Positions 27,400 to 40,900 of a stretch of 64,000 bases of DNA are shown here, one piece after another. This stretch comes from Saccostrea echinata (Eukaryota): contig NW_026889801.1 in assembly GCF_033153115.1 (NCBI RefSeq), forward strand, positions 3,844,001 to 3,908,000, read 5' to 3'. The stretch's first letter is position 1; every line of letters begins with the position of its first letter. The notes under the pieces are model-generated. The model made no database searches and was not told the DNA's origin. It saw only the letters and a list, made by a program, of their open reading frames with translations. The position numbers and the translations under genes were made by a program.

Positions 27400-29990
27400 G
27401 GTAATGCTGGCAGCTGAGGAATCACCATTGGTTTTTGTCCATCCAAGGAGCCAGTTGACGGAACTGCTGCACCTTCAAATGAGACAAGCAGTCACATAGA
27501 ATATTTTCTTTGGTACCAAGATGCCTAGCTTGAGACAAAATGTTAGACTGCAAACAAATGAGCACTGACTCTCCTACGAGATACATTATACGTTTATCCT
27601 TAGACAATTGCTTGTTAATGATATGCACAAGGGCATAATTGTCTGTGTTGAAATAAATACACTTGTTTTTCAAAATATGACTCCTCACCTAAAGAGCTAA
27701 CACTATTGGATAAAATTCCAAGAGAGTAATATTAGATTTTTACTAATTATCATTCCAAGTTTCATAGAACCAGTGCCCACCTAACACTGCCCCATATCCA
27801 ATAGATCCTGAAGCATCTGTATACAATTCCAATTCATTAGAATCTACCTATCTGGTAAGAAAACTGACCTACCATTAAATTGTTCCAAGAAGGCTAGCCA
27901 AGTATGAAAATCTGCGTTTACCTCTTTGTTTAGTCTAATGCGATAATATGCTCTTGTTATGCTAATAGTGGTATTGATAGGTCGCCTTAGCAATGCTCAT
28001 CCTGGCAATACAACATTACAAGCAAAATTAAGAAGACCAATTACTGATTGCATATCCTTCAAAGTAATCTTTTTGGTTGGTAAAAGCTCCTCAATTGTAT
28101 CCTTACATTTTTTAACTTTATCAATAGGTAGTCTTGCCTCCATCATCTCAGTGTCTAATTCATCACCCAGAAAAGTCATTACCTTGTCAGGACCGAATGT
28201 TTTATCCTTAGCCATAGGTATACCTATGTCAGCACAAATTGTTAAGAATGCCTCAAGTTTTTTGTGTCATCCTGTAGCAGATTTGTCAACAATTAGAAAA
28301 TTATCTAATACATGAGTCATAAATTTAATACCTAATTTTTCTTGAGCTATCCACTGAAGTGCTGTACTAAACCTTTCAAATATACGACAAGAAGAACTGC
28401 AACCCATCTCGCAGCTCTGTTAAGGCTGCATAAAGGGGGCGGGGCCTAATTTATACGGGAAAAGTTTACTGTGACATCACACAAATATAGCAATTCCTCA
28501 CAATAACTGAAAATGAAATAATTTGCGAATCTAAACTGCATAGGAGTAATGAACTACATCAAAACTTACCCCTGCATTCATTTTTGTCGCTAATTAAATC
28601 CCACACAGCAAGATATAAACAAGTCACTGATCGCAATGCACTTGTCGACATGACGTCATCATGGTAAAGTTTGACGCATTTTATGTGCAGTGAGAGGCGG
28701 ATCAAGTAATTTTTTCACAGTGAAAAATGCATTTTATTATTACACAGAATATTATTTGCAAATCTTAGGTACACCATTAATACAAATCTGAAACGTTTGT
28801 TTAGTGCCATTATCTAAAAAATATCGAGAGAATGTATTGAATTAATTCTACCGTGTTTTTGTCTACAGGGTGTGCATGTTCACGCCGAGGTGCCTCATTA
28901 AATCGCCTTTTCGCAAGGGCATACACTTAATAGATCTTGACCATTTTTTGAATACACATAACGGACTTATTCCTTAACTTGAAAAGTGCTGCTGCTTTCC
29001 TGAAATCGATAGCATAATTTAATAAATACATAAAATACTTGGTAAAGGTCACACATATTTCGACATTGGTCAGATAACGTGAAATTTAAACTAATAAAAT
29101 GCGAATTCTATTTAAAGCAGCAGCACTTTCCATAAACTACAAGTTATGTAGAAACAATCTATTAATTTAATTTTTAATTTTAACTAGGGTATGCCCTTGC
29201 GATATTGAAATTTGTTTGTGACCTACATACAGTACACATTACATGCATTTATCACGTGACTATCAAATAACGTGACCAAACCAAACTCAGTACAGAGCGG
29301 GGTATACAATGTTATTTCAAAGAATGTTGAAGTCATAAGATAATATAGTACCTTTACAAAAATAAATTCAGTTTAAAAAGGTATGTATTCATGCACGTTT
29401 ATATTCTGTTGATTTCTTTGAAGTACGCCTTAACAGTGCTGCGCTGAAGACATGTATCAAAATACCATTGACCTTGTCATGTGAAACCAAAGTATTTGGA
29501 CTGTGATGCATGTAAATTGATGATTCAAAATGCATTAGAAATATATGTTTTGCAACAATATGATCCTTTCCCACACTGTTTAATGTTTTGAATAGCATCC
29601 TCTACAGAAGAGTATTGAACAAATTACTCCTCTTCAGGAATGCCATCATTAACAGACTTACTTTCTGGATATGACAAATGATGTATCAAACGGTACTCAC
29701 CCTCTGTTTTCTTGCTAACTAGACCTACAGGGGAACAATGTAAAACGGGCATTGGCTTTTCTTTGAAAGGACCCATAATTCTACCCAAATGTATCTCCTT
29801 CTCTAGCTTCCTGCTGATAATCTTGGGTAAGTCCCGTGTTGATTTTAATGCAATATATTGTCGATGACGATTGGCAGTTACCCAGTCATGCAGGGATAAG
29901 GAGCCATCCCTAAATTCATCATCATCTGTGGATTACACATTGTGGATTTAATACCACCTTACCTGTGTGATCTTGTTCTTCCACTTTGAT
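27400..29990 (-). pseudogene. RT/RNase H of YR element 1, interrupted by a TIR element
   Basis: GRIMGPF..SPVGLV.KK..EYRLIHHLSYP; YFDTCL|QMGCSSSC across the insertion; LDNFL; MTFLGDELDT; LKDMQSVIGLLNFACNVV; YTDASG; TDNYALVHIINKQ. Confidence 0.9.
28410..29443 (+). mobile_element. 1034-bp non-autonomous TIR element with 2-bp TSD (CT), CMC/EnSpm-like ends
   Basis: TIR cgcagctctgttaaggc / gccttaacagtgctgcg (1 mismatch). Removing it plus one CT restores the RT frame GQWYFDTCLQMGCSSSC. Confidence 0.9.
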
Positions 29991-30131
29991 ANNNNNNNNN
30001 NNNNNNNNNNNNNNNNNNNNNNNNNNNNNNNNNNNNNNNNNNNNNNNNNNNNNNNNNNNNNNNNNNNNNNNNNNNNNNNNNNNNNNNNNNNNNNNNNNNN
30101 NNNNNNNNNNNNNNNNNNNNNNNNNNNNNNN

Positions 30132-30671
30132 ACATATTGTGTTGACCAAATTTTAGATTTGATTTTGTCGGAAACCCTTGCCTATTGGCACTGAGGAGCT
30201 GAGGCACTGAGGAGCTCACAAATCCCGATTTCTTACCTGCATTTTCTACAGGTGGGAATTCAGTACCCACAATCTGTGAACTGTGTTCGGCTACAACACT
30301 TGATACCAAACCTGAAATACCTGCATCCCCTGACTTATTCATTGTGTGACCATCCAACCCAGGAGGGCTAGCTGCTAAGCTGTTGCTTGCAGAGGTGGTA
30401 GCATTATTACCCCTTTCACCCCCCATATTATGAACAGAGATACTCCCCTGATGTTGTAGCAATGGTTTTATCTCTGCTAACATGTTCTTCGTGACTTACT
30501 TTGTTATGGTTTGGGTTAATGCAGCCAAGGTTTCAGGAGGTACACTGAGGGGTGGAGTGCTGGTATCTCTTGCCACAGCATCAGTGGTGGTGGGCCCTCT
30601 TGTTTCCTTTTGGCCATGGTGTGGTCTTTTCGCCTGACTTGTTTTGGGCTGCTGGCATAATGTTGGTAAAC
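30132..30671 (-). pseudogene. gag-like ORF1 N-terminal part of YR element 1
   Basis: Low-complexity Pro/Thr/Ser-rich frame with LAALTQTITK*VTKNMLAEIKPLL directly upstream of RT. Begins after a ttctatag acceptor and is cut by the N gap. Confidence 0.6.
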
Positions 30672-30729
30672 CTATAGAATTGTAAAATTGAGGCAGAAGT
30701 ACATTTCCAATATTTAACATAATATAGGC

Positions 30730-30975
30730 CTAATTGACCGGAACTGCATGAGTCAGATAAGATATACCGGTACTATGACCACGCATATGAGCATGTTAAT
30801 ACTTAAAAATACATTATATCACCACTTGAATGCATCAAATACAAAGTCGCCTAGCCTAAATGTCAATTGACCAGAATTGCACGAGTCAGATCGTATAAGT
30901 ACCTTGACTACGTATGTGATCATGTTAATACTTAAAAATACATTGTAATGCTTGTATAACCACTTGAATACATGG
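30730..30975. repeat. Two-copy ~120-bp tandem repeat
   Basis: aattgacc.gaa.tgca.gagtcagat...catgttaatacttaaaaatacatt...ccacttgaat occurs twice. Confidence 0.8.
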
Positions 30976-31730
30976 AATACAAAGTGTACATCTGATAAAA
31001 CAAACTAGAAAGTTGTCAAACCTGAGACTTTTTCCAACAGTCACTTTCCGTACTTTCCGTTAAATTACACCCTGTACTATTACAGTCGATGACAAAATTT
31101 ATCCCGGAAATATCACAATAAAGAATAGAACCAATATTGTTCTGAAACAGACCGACATTTCCCGCACTACTGTACTAGCAATCACACCACCCATTGTGCG
31201 ACTGCAGAAGCCATTAATCAACTTCTCTGGAACCGCTGCTGGTCAGTAAGGACTAGCAGCCACATAAACAGAACGCTGACATCAGTAATAAATCACCACT
31301 TTTGAAGTCGATTCATCTCGTACCGTGTCAAATCCCAAAGTAAGCTGTAGTGCCTTTACCAGTTTACCAAAGACAACTACGCATTGTTAATTGTTTTTAA
31401 AACAAGCCATAAAACTGAACATGGTGGTCCTAAAATAATCAAAGCAGATTTAATTCACAAAGAAACGCCGTCCAAACACTCATAATAATACTTTTATATA
31501 AAGCATCTATAAGCAATAAAACTAAAATGTAGTTTTTTTTTTGTTTTTGTTTTTTTTTTATAGCCACAATTCGAAACGAGTAACTTAATAGGCATATTTA
31601 ACGATAAATCTAAGTGTTGATGCACACCAATAAAACCGTGAATCATTGATGAAACAAAAAAGTGTGCATGATACATGAATGTCAAAAAGGGACAGCGAGT
31701 ACAGAACGGAATTTAAGTAAACAATAAATA

Positions 31731-32460
31731 TACCGCAACAAACAAATTGGCAAACATTCATTTTCCGAACGATTTCTTCACAGAAAAAAGGATAATTAAG
31801 GAACTAAAACGAAAACCCAAGCGGGTACAAAATGGCAAGTACAAAAGACTGCCTGAAACTTGTACTTAGGCCTTGCCTAGAGTACCGTAAAATTAAACAA
31901 TTTTAGTAATAAACTAATACAGTAACAAACAAATTGGCAGACATTTCTCCAACGATTTTCTTTCTCAGAAAAAAGGATAAATCCGGAACGCATTAATTAA
32001 AATTCATTCCTAGATAAATCAAATAAAATCGATAGAAAAATCGCAAGGGTAAAAGCTGAAACTAAAACGAAAAAAACCCAAGCGGGTACAAAATGGCAAG
32101 TACAAAATACTGCCTGAAACTTGTACTTAGGCCTTGCTTAGAGTACCGTAAAATTAAACAATTTTAGTAATCAACTAATACCGTAACAAACAAGTTGGCA
32201 GACATTTCTCCAACGATTTTCCTTCACAGAAAAAAGGATAAATCCGGAACGCATTAATTAAAATACATTCCTAGATAAATCAAATAAAATCGATGGAAAA
32301 ATCGCCAGGGTAAAAGCTGAAACTAAAATGAAAAACCCCAAACGGGTTTAAACTGGCAAGCACATTGAATGCCTGAAACACATACCTAGGTCATGCCTAT
32401 AGTACTGTAAAAGTCACAAAATTTTTAAAAATGAATTTCAAACATAAAGGTTGAAATTAA
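31731..32460. repeat. Three-copy ~190-260-bp tandem repeat inside YR element 1
   Basis: Units start near 31731, 31918 and 32179 (aacaaacaaattggca..ccaagcgggtacaaaatggcaag..cttgtacttaggccttg). Confidence 0.9.
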
Positions 32461-32649
32461 AAGGAAAAAAGGCAATGTTTGCCAAGCCAATATCTGATAA
32501 GCAGATTTTTTTTTTTTTTTTTTTAAATACACTGTAATAAAATAATTAATTTACAAAAACTGCAAAATTTAAACTTGTTACATGTACCGTATCCAAATGA
32601 TTTTGAAGAAAGGATAAAAGTGACAATCTTGTTATATTTTCTAGAAAAT

Positions 32650-33238
32650 CTATTTTCTCACTGAAATTAACGCTCCCCTTATACTCCTATATAACTGTAC
32701 ATTCCCTTGTTTGTTCAGATGAACTCCGTCGAATACAAATTTCCGACTACAGTCTCCGTCCCGGGGGAAAAAAATAATTCCCGTGTTCCCAAAATACACA
32801 ATGACCTAGTGATGGCAATGCAGCTCTCAGTATTTCATTCACTTTGTCTGCTACATCATTGTACTCGAAATTAACCTTAAATCTTGGCAATAATTTGCAA
32901 ACAATTATTTTCGCAACATTATAGCGGCGATGCATCACCAATACCACAGTTTCAATTTCTGCGGCCAACAATGTAGGATCTGTACTGGGAACGATGTCAT
33001 TCTCCCCGATCATTAGAACAACTACCTCGGGACCTAAAGCAAATACACTCTCCATATCCTTAGATATTATATCACGAACCTTCCTTCCACCCACACCCCT
33101 GTACAAAACGGAATGCGTTTTTCCCAGACCAAGATTTGCAGAATATCTAATGTCATCACCATGTTTCAAGAATTCGTGAAAACGACGCACAGTTGAATGA
33201 CCAAGAATGACAACCGAAGTTTTGCCCATTGAAGACAT
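32650..33238 (-). CDS. SGNH/GDSL hydrolase (esterase) with one frameshift in a homopolymer near 32765
   Basis: Block I VVILGHS, block II GVGG, block III IGENDI. After the T7/C5 run the adjacent frame gives DGDCSRKFVFDGVHLNKQGNVQLYRSIRGALISVRK* (block V DxxH). Confidence 0.85.
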
Positions 33239-33559
33239 GATAAAATAATTTTACTCACCAAATACTTGATAAAATAAATAACAAACTTGGAAAAACGTCC
33301 GTCCTCCAAGGCTGTAGGTGGGAGAAGAGGCAGAGTGACGCACCGCGTGGCCAGAAATTTAATTGTTTGATTTTGATTGGTCAATCTCTGCCTCTCCTAA
33401 GACATGAAACAAAATGACCATTATAATACATCACTATACAATATTTCAGACTTGAACATTCAAGGAGGACACTTATTGATTACAATAAAAAATTTTAAGT
33501 AAACTTAAATGTATTTATTGCTTTGCCTGTTACCACATCGCCAAAACACTAAATTAGTG

Positions 33560-33790
33560 TCGGATCTAAGTGAAAACGGATTTTGTGGCCTGATGGGAGT
33601 CACCTTTTACAAGATTTCCCAAGTCACAAAGCGTTGACACGATAAAAAAAACCTTCACTGCAACGTTCGTTAGCACCGGTGCATAGGTCAAAATTTGTTG
33701 CATTTCTACTACAGCAAGTGATGTCTCGAAACCAAGTGAACAATTCTGGAATGAGACATTAAACAACATACAATCAGTCAAACATCCATT
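33560..33790 (+). mobile_element. Old degenerate SINE remnant
   Basis: The 3' part gtgatgtctc..aagtgaacaattctggaatgagacattaaacaacatacaatc resembles the tail of the SINE at 8656. Confidence 0.45.
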
Positions 33791-34926
33791 AGTGTCAATA
33801 TTATACATTAAATAATTTGTAATATAATATAGGATCTAGTACTTCAACGAAAGTGTTGTGACTTCAAGTATATTAATGTACCTGTTTAAAAGAAAATAGA
33901 GGCTTACCAAGAGAGGTCAAATTGTTTGGGTGTTCGAATGAATATCATTTAAATATTAGGAGATTTTAAATATGAAACAGAATGATCCCCAGTGTTTGAA
34001 ATAATAACTTTTACTTTTACAGGTCCTCATTATTTATATCACTATTTCTGTTCTTGCATTGTCTATTACTTATTTTAATTCTTGTGTGTGCGTGACGGAA
34101 GTAATATTTTACATCGCGTCGATTTTATTTGCTGCACGAGAGATTTATTTGTTAAAATTTAAATGTACAAAAATCATTTTTTAATGTCATAAACAAAAAT
34201 CGTACAATCCTACAAGAATTTCAAAGTAGAATGCAGTGTTGTCTCCACAAGGAGTGAGCTATTTTAATTTAAACAATATTTTATTATGATTGAACATAAC
34301 TGGATTGGACAGCAGGCACTGCCTATGTAAGTCCTCTCCACAATAGGTCTAAGACATACATGTTACAAGTAAATATTAATTACATAACATTGAAAAAAAA
34401 TATATATATACATGTGTATATTCTAAAGAGATTTATAAAAAAGACAAAATAAGTAGGGGAAAAAATGAGCTGATGATACTATATAAGTTTGGATTTTAAC
34501 ATACATGACCGATAATTATAATAATACAAGTATAAATGTGAAAGTTAATAAGAACACATAAATAGATGTTGGTTCTGTTGTCTGACAAATTAAAAAAAAT
34601 AAGAAAGAAACAATATCATGCAAATCTCTTTGTAGATGCAATAAATTCTTGAACAATTTTAAATACGGCATTATTTGGTTGTAAGAAGGATTATTGTCTC
34701 AATTCAAAATAAGTTGTAAGGATATAGGCATTGGTAATTGCAAAGTATTAAAATTTTGCATAAGGTTCTGCCTATATATAGCACACAAGATTTTTTTTCG
34801 AGTGTGTTTCAAGATTGAAAATGATTCTTTTGTACAATGGCTTCAATACCGACTTCTTCATTAAATTCTTCCCCTTGGCTACTATTTAATACTTATGTAA
34901 TTTATATAAGGAGAATATCGACACTA

Positions 34927-36046
34927 TTTTCATATAAAAAAAATATGTTGTGGGTTGTGGGGGATTTTCGTTTATTTCGAATATATTGTTTTTGGTCTTG
35001 GAATTTCTCTCGTCACTGGATAAATTGATTATCAGCTCCGGGATCGTTGTGCGCTTTTTGCCTGTGAGAGGTTTTTAGACACAGGGGAACAATTCTTACA
35101 ATCCCCTGGTCTTGACCAGATTGACCCAAGTTAGTTGGGTTATTAATGGTCCTTTATTTCTCAAAAACGCTCCAGTTTGAATCTACTCTTCCTAGGATAT
35201 GTTCCTTTCCTGTCCATAGCGCATCACAGGTTATGGGGAGTGGTCCTAGCTGTTACCCACCCTGTATAAATGCAACCAGAAAGAGACAAAATCCAGCAGA
35301 CCACCCTTTATTAAATTAACACATACATTCTAATTATTTACAATTACTAAAGTTACACAATACACAATATGATAAACATTATAATAAATACGAAACATTT
35401 ATATCAGATTATAAAATATATTAACCTGTAAATACATTAAGCCATCTGAACATTTTAACCATCTTACAAAAATCGCACAAGTCTATAAAAATATCTTACC
35501 TGTATAAATGCAACCAGAAAGAGACAAAATCCAGCAGACCACCGGCTGGATATATCTCACTGCGCTACATTTATACCCCCGTACATGCCCTGCATATTTG
35601 AGTATTTCTTCAAAATTTGCACTAATGACTTTTAACTTTGCTCTGAATTTAACTTAATCTTATCCGACCTTAAACCCTCTTTTAATCTTTAATTGCACCT
35701 TAACATTCTTGTTAAACTTTTTGCATAATCTTGACTTTTTATTTACTGTAGATAATTTATACAGATGCATGACCTCTGCTCCCTCGCATCAACCTCTTTG
35801 ATTGGTTACACCCTTATTCTTGACCAAGCCAGCATCTTATAAACAAGTTCTTAATCTACAAACAAATAGCAAACCTCATGGAGCTTAATTATCAGCGGTG
35901 AAAAGTTCATCCTGCACTCCTGCCCAGCATCTGTTTTCTTCTATTTTTATCCTGCGCGATCGGCTAAACCTTAATACCTTTGCTACTTTACCCCCGAGAT
36001 TTATAAATTCCACAATTTTCTATTTTTATGCACTTTTTGTTATGAT
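34927..36046 (-). repeat. 3' LTR
   Basis: Direct repeat of 43629-44748 with about 7-8 differences by eye. Preceded on the - strand by the PPT gtggggggaa (about 36050-36059). Confidence 0.95.
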
Positions 36047-37986
36047 GAATTCCCCCCACTAACAAAAATCTTGTCCCCAAGATTTGGTTTACATATTATT
36101 AAAGGATTTTTACGTAATATCTCTATATTTTCAGATGACTTCAACACACACAAAAAAATACAATATAAAATTAAACATGCATAAGAAGAAAATATTCACA
36201 CACAATACGTTTATATAGTACGAAAAAAATTACAATATATATCTATACAAAATTCACATATACATCAAGATCGAATTGTGAACAATTGCCTGGGCATTTA
36301 CCTGGGTGGAGTCGGCAAAACTCCTTAGAATAGTTAACAATACATGTACTCTGCAGGGGAAAATGGCAAACCAGAAACAATCACAAATTAAAACCTTTCA
36401 AGTTCAATAAGTACACTATTCGCTTAACCCAGAATAAAAAGTTACCACAAAATATCATTGTTGATGGATTAACACCTTTTGTTTTTCTCACAATAGAAAA
36501 AAATAAGTTTGTCACTGTCTCGCAAGGTATGCACTCTTTTTCTCAATAAAACACTTCAGACATATTTTTGCATGGGATTTAAAAACATTGTTAGTGTACA
36601 TAAACATATGGAATCAATATTCATTTCAAACAACATCTGAAAACAATGTCAATCTTTAAACATAAGAAAACAATAAATTGCAGAAGACCAATTTGAGGTA
36701 ACAAAAAAATTCAAAAAGCGTATAATATCTTATTAAACATTTATCTTCAAAAATTTACACAAGCATTATATCAAAATAAAAAAAATTGTTATCAACAATA
36801 AGAAAAAAAAAATTAACAATCAATACCACTGGGCATTAACGAAAAATAGTACGTACGATGCTCGAATAAATAGCTACTATTTTAAAGAAAGTAATATCAT
36901 TTGTATTGACTCTTTTCCCCAAAATTTTAAAAATTGTTTATTTCCCTGTGTTCTCTAAAAAACAGAAAAAAACTTTGATAGAAACGTTTCAAAAGAAAAA
37001 TTTCAAATTCTCCATTTTTTTTTTAAAGAATTACTCTGTCAGCAGAGAAAATTCCTACCAAATTGTGTACTGTAATTTACAAGCTGTTGTTCGTAGCATA
37101 AAATTGTTAAGAAATGATTAGAGAGTCCCAAACTATGTGATGAGTTTATTTAAAAATTAAGGTGTTCATGTGTATACGTTGTAATGTGTACTTCGTTGTC
37201 AGCTTTGAGTGGGTATTATATTAATGTGCTTACACGATGTATCTTCCATAAATTTTGAGTCATTTTTTTCATGCACTATGTTAGTTCAGAAAATTTATTG
37301 AAGTAACTGTTACTTTGTTAATAACAAACACATGCAAAAAACAAATAGTAATACATGTATATGTAACCAGTGCAACCGTAAAATTATCACATTTTTCTCA
37401 CTCATTTTTTTTTTTTCTATTTAACTATCCGGTCATCGACATGTGTAACAAGAGAGGAAGAATTTTTCCATTCATTGCAGAATTTAATGGTAACTTAGTT
37501 TATGGAACCAGAGCATAAAAAAAATCCTTTGTTGATATATAACGTATTTCCTATTTAATAGTAATCACTTAGATTTCACTTATATGAAGTGTTTAGATCT
37601 ATAAAGGAGGAATGATTCTCGCAGCAAATTAGGAAGGGCAAAGAATTTCGCTTAGAACTCCCATATAACAGATGAAATGAAAGAAATGGAAAGAGCTGGA
37701 CGTCCTGATAGAAGATCTATATGAATGATATGCATGAAAGAGATGAAAAAAAAGAATTGGACAATCCGACAGAAGAAAGAAATGGATGACATATATATAT
37801 AGAAGTCAAAGACAAAATCTTATCCATCCCATTACGATACCTTCCTTTCTTTAACCTATTTTCTTAAGACATTTTTTCTTTGTCTTCAATTGTACTTTGA
37901 TTTCGAAACTCTGTATTAGACCAATCAGTTGATCTTTGTTACCTGTATTATTTGATATGCTCTCTCTCTCTCTCTCTCTCTTTAAT

Positions 37987-40900
37987 TTAGAATCTCCTTT
38001 TCCTTCGCCTTGTTGACGAATGATACAATTGTTTTAACAACTGAGAAATATTATTCGAAGGTTCCCAAGTAGGCGGTGACCCATCTGCCCATTTAACTAT
38101 ATAATATCGTTTATTATTCATCCATTTTGATTTCAACAATTTTTCTAACGTGTGCCATTCATCTTTTTGTGTCTGCTGTGTCTGTGCATTCTGATTATTT
38201 ACATTATCTCGTTTTTGAAGATTGTGCGCTTGCGGCGGCGGACGATAATCTCTCGGGTCTTTATACAATCGCAATCTATTTGCATGCACAGACGCTTTTA
38301 GTTCCACATGGTCATTAGACCTTCTTAACCTAAATGAATGGTTCGGGTTAACCTTAATTATATAATAAGGACCTTCCCATTTAGGCTCTAATTTGTGTTT
38401 TCTGCCTGGAGTTCGTTTCATGACTTTTAACAACACTTCATCTCTTATTTTGAATTGTGGTTCTTTTGTTTTCTTATCATATCGCTCTTTGTTTTTCTCT
38501 TGAACCTTACTCACATTTTTCTTTGCAATTTCGTGTACTATTTTCACTTTGTTAATCAAATCATCAATGTACTCTTTTGGTGCTTTTTCCAGAACTTCCC
38601 TGGGGATTAATGAAATATCAATGGGTAAAGGCATCTCTTTCCCAAACAACATGTAATAGGGGGAATACCCTGTGGACTGAGTTGACGGACTCATTCTGAA
38701 TGCCATCATAACACTGGGTAAAACATCTTCCCATGCATCCTGATTTTTCTGACAATACGCTCTGAGTGATTGAGCTAGTGTAGAATTGATTCGTTCGCAT
38801 GCCACATTACTCTGTGGATGATACGAACTAGTGACGTGCCGAGTCACTTGAAATATTTTACACAAAGCTTGGACTACTTTTGACATGAAATTTTGTCCCC
38901 TATCGCTGACCAACGTACGTGGAGCCCCGTATCTTGTAAATATTTCTTTGTACAACAAATGTGCAACCCCTGTTGCCTCTTGTGTTTTCATTGGTAGTGC
39001 CTCTGACCAATGTGACAATGAGTCTGTAACCAACAAAATATACTGATACCCTTGTTTTGTTTTTGGCAAACCTCCCAATATATCCATATGCCATCGGGCA
39101 AATGTCCCTTCTACTGGTAATGGGTGCAATGGTGCGGTCCTACTTGCTGTATCTCGTTTTACCCTTTGACAAACATCACATGACGTAACATAGTCATATA
39201 CATTTTGATACATCCCTGGCCAAAAGTATTTTTGCTTAATTGCCAAATATGTTCTGTGTACTCCCAAGTGACAACCACCTGCTAATGAATCATGATAAGA
39301 TTTCAAAACATCATCTCTCAAAGATTGGGGACAAGCCATTTGTTTGATAACTGCTTCCGGGTTCGATTTATTCTTTGACCTTGGTTGAAAAATATGAAAC
39401 AAAATGTCATGTACCAATTCACATTGATTTGCTTCATACGGAATCGCTTTTGCCCTCTTTGGGTCATTCGGAAGTGTGCCATCTTGCAAATATTTATAGA
39501 TATGTTTAAAATAAGGACAATTTTGTTGTTCTTGTTGAATTTGTTCAATTTGATTTTTATTTTGAGTTTCCTTTTCCCTTTCCGATAGAGTGTTATTTAT
39601 TTCCAAGATATGTTGTTGATTATCATTTGGAAATAAAAGTGTCACCTCTGTTATTTCATTCGGAATTACGTCATTATTTGCTTCTGAAGTGTTTGTTTCT
39701 TTTGAATAAGGCCTTCTAGACAATGCATCACAATTTTGATGTTTTATTCCTGGTCTATGTTTTACTTCAAAGGAATATTCTTGCAATTTTAATGCCCATC
39801 TTATTAATCTCGCATTAGTGTGTTTGATTGTCTTTAACCAAGTTAATGCTTTATGGTCGGTATAGACAAGAAATTTGTTGTTTACCAAGTATACACGCAA
39901 ATGCGCTATTGCTGACACTAACGCGAGCATTTCTTGTTCGGTTACGGAATATGCTTTTTCATATTTATTTAGTGCTCTACCTCCGTATGCAATTACATGT
40001 TCTTTATTATTATCTCCTATTTGAGACAACACATATCCGATAGCCATTCCTGACGCGTCACATGACAAAATAAATGGCTTTTGAAAATCTGGATACGCTA
40101 AAACTGGTGTTGTTGTTAAAGCTTGTTTAAGTGTATCAAAAGCAATTTGACAATCTTTGGTCCACTTAAAAGGAGTATCTTTTGTTAATAACCTGTTTGA
40201 AGGTAGTGCAATTTTTGAATACCCTCTTACAAATTTCCGATAATAATTTGCCAATCCCAGAAAACTGCGGATATCATGCTGATTTTGTGGCAATGGAAAT
40301 GATTGAACTGCGTCAACTTTTGAAGGATCAACTTTTATTCCCTCTTTAGATATTATATGACCTAGATATGTGACCTCTGGTTTTGCAAATGAACACTTTT
40401 TTGGTTTTAAAGTCAAGTTTGCTTGTCTTAAACGATCAAAAACCAAATTAAGATGTTTCAAATGATTTTCAAAAGTATCTGACCATACAATGATGTCATC
40501 GATGTAAACCAAACAGTGTTTCCACGTAAGACCTTTTAGAACCATATTCATGAGCATTTGAAAAGTTGCTGGGGCATTAACAAGACCAAAAGGCATTCTT
40601 TTGAATTGATATAAATTATCATGCGTAATGAACGCAGTTTTATGTTTTGTTTTTTCATCAAGTGCGACTTGCCAATAGCCAGAAGCCAAATCCAAAGTAG
40701 AAAATATTTTTGCTTTGTTTTGTCCAATTGCATCAAAAACATCTTCTAGCCGCACTGTTGGAAATGTTTGAACAGGGGTCACTGCGTTTAATTTTCGATA
40801 ATCTATTGCAAATCTGTATTCATTGTTTGGCTTTTTGACTAAGACCACTGGTGACGCGTATGATGAAGTACTTTCTTCAATTATGTCATATTTGAGCATT

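Larger units (their letters stand above)
26250..33400 (-). mobile_element. Tyrosine-recombinase retrotransposon 1 (DIRS/Ngaro-like), degenerate; order SGNH - repeats - gag - RT/RH - YR
   Basis: YR, RT/RH, gag-like and SGNH remnants all lie on the - strand (see sub-features). Terminal repeats were not identified, so the boundaries are approximate. Confidence 0.8.

Noticed and set aside
31731-32460. Repeat array as a possible CRISPR
   Set aside because: Long tandem units without unique spacers, no cas genes, eukaryotic context.
36060-37986. Possible env or antisense ORF in the 1.9-kb Gypsy 3' region
   Set aside because: No long frame. The purine-rich stretch near 37670-37800 has stops and nothing recognisable.
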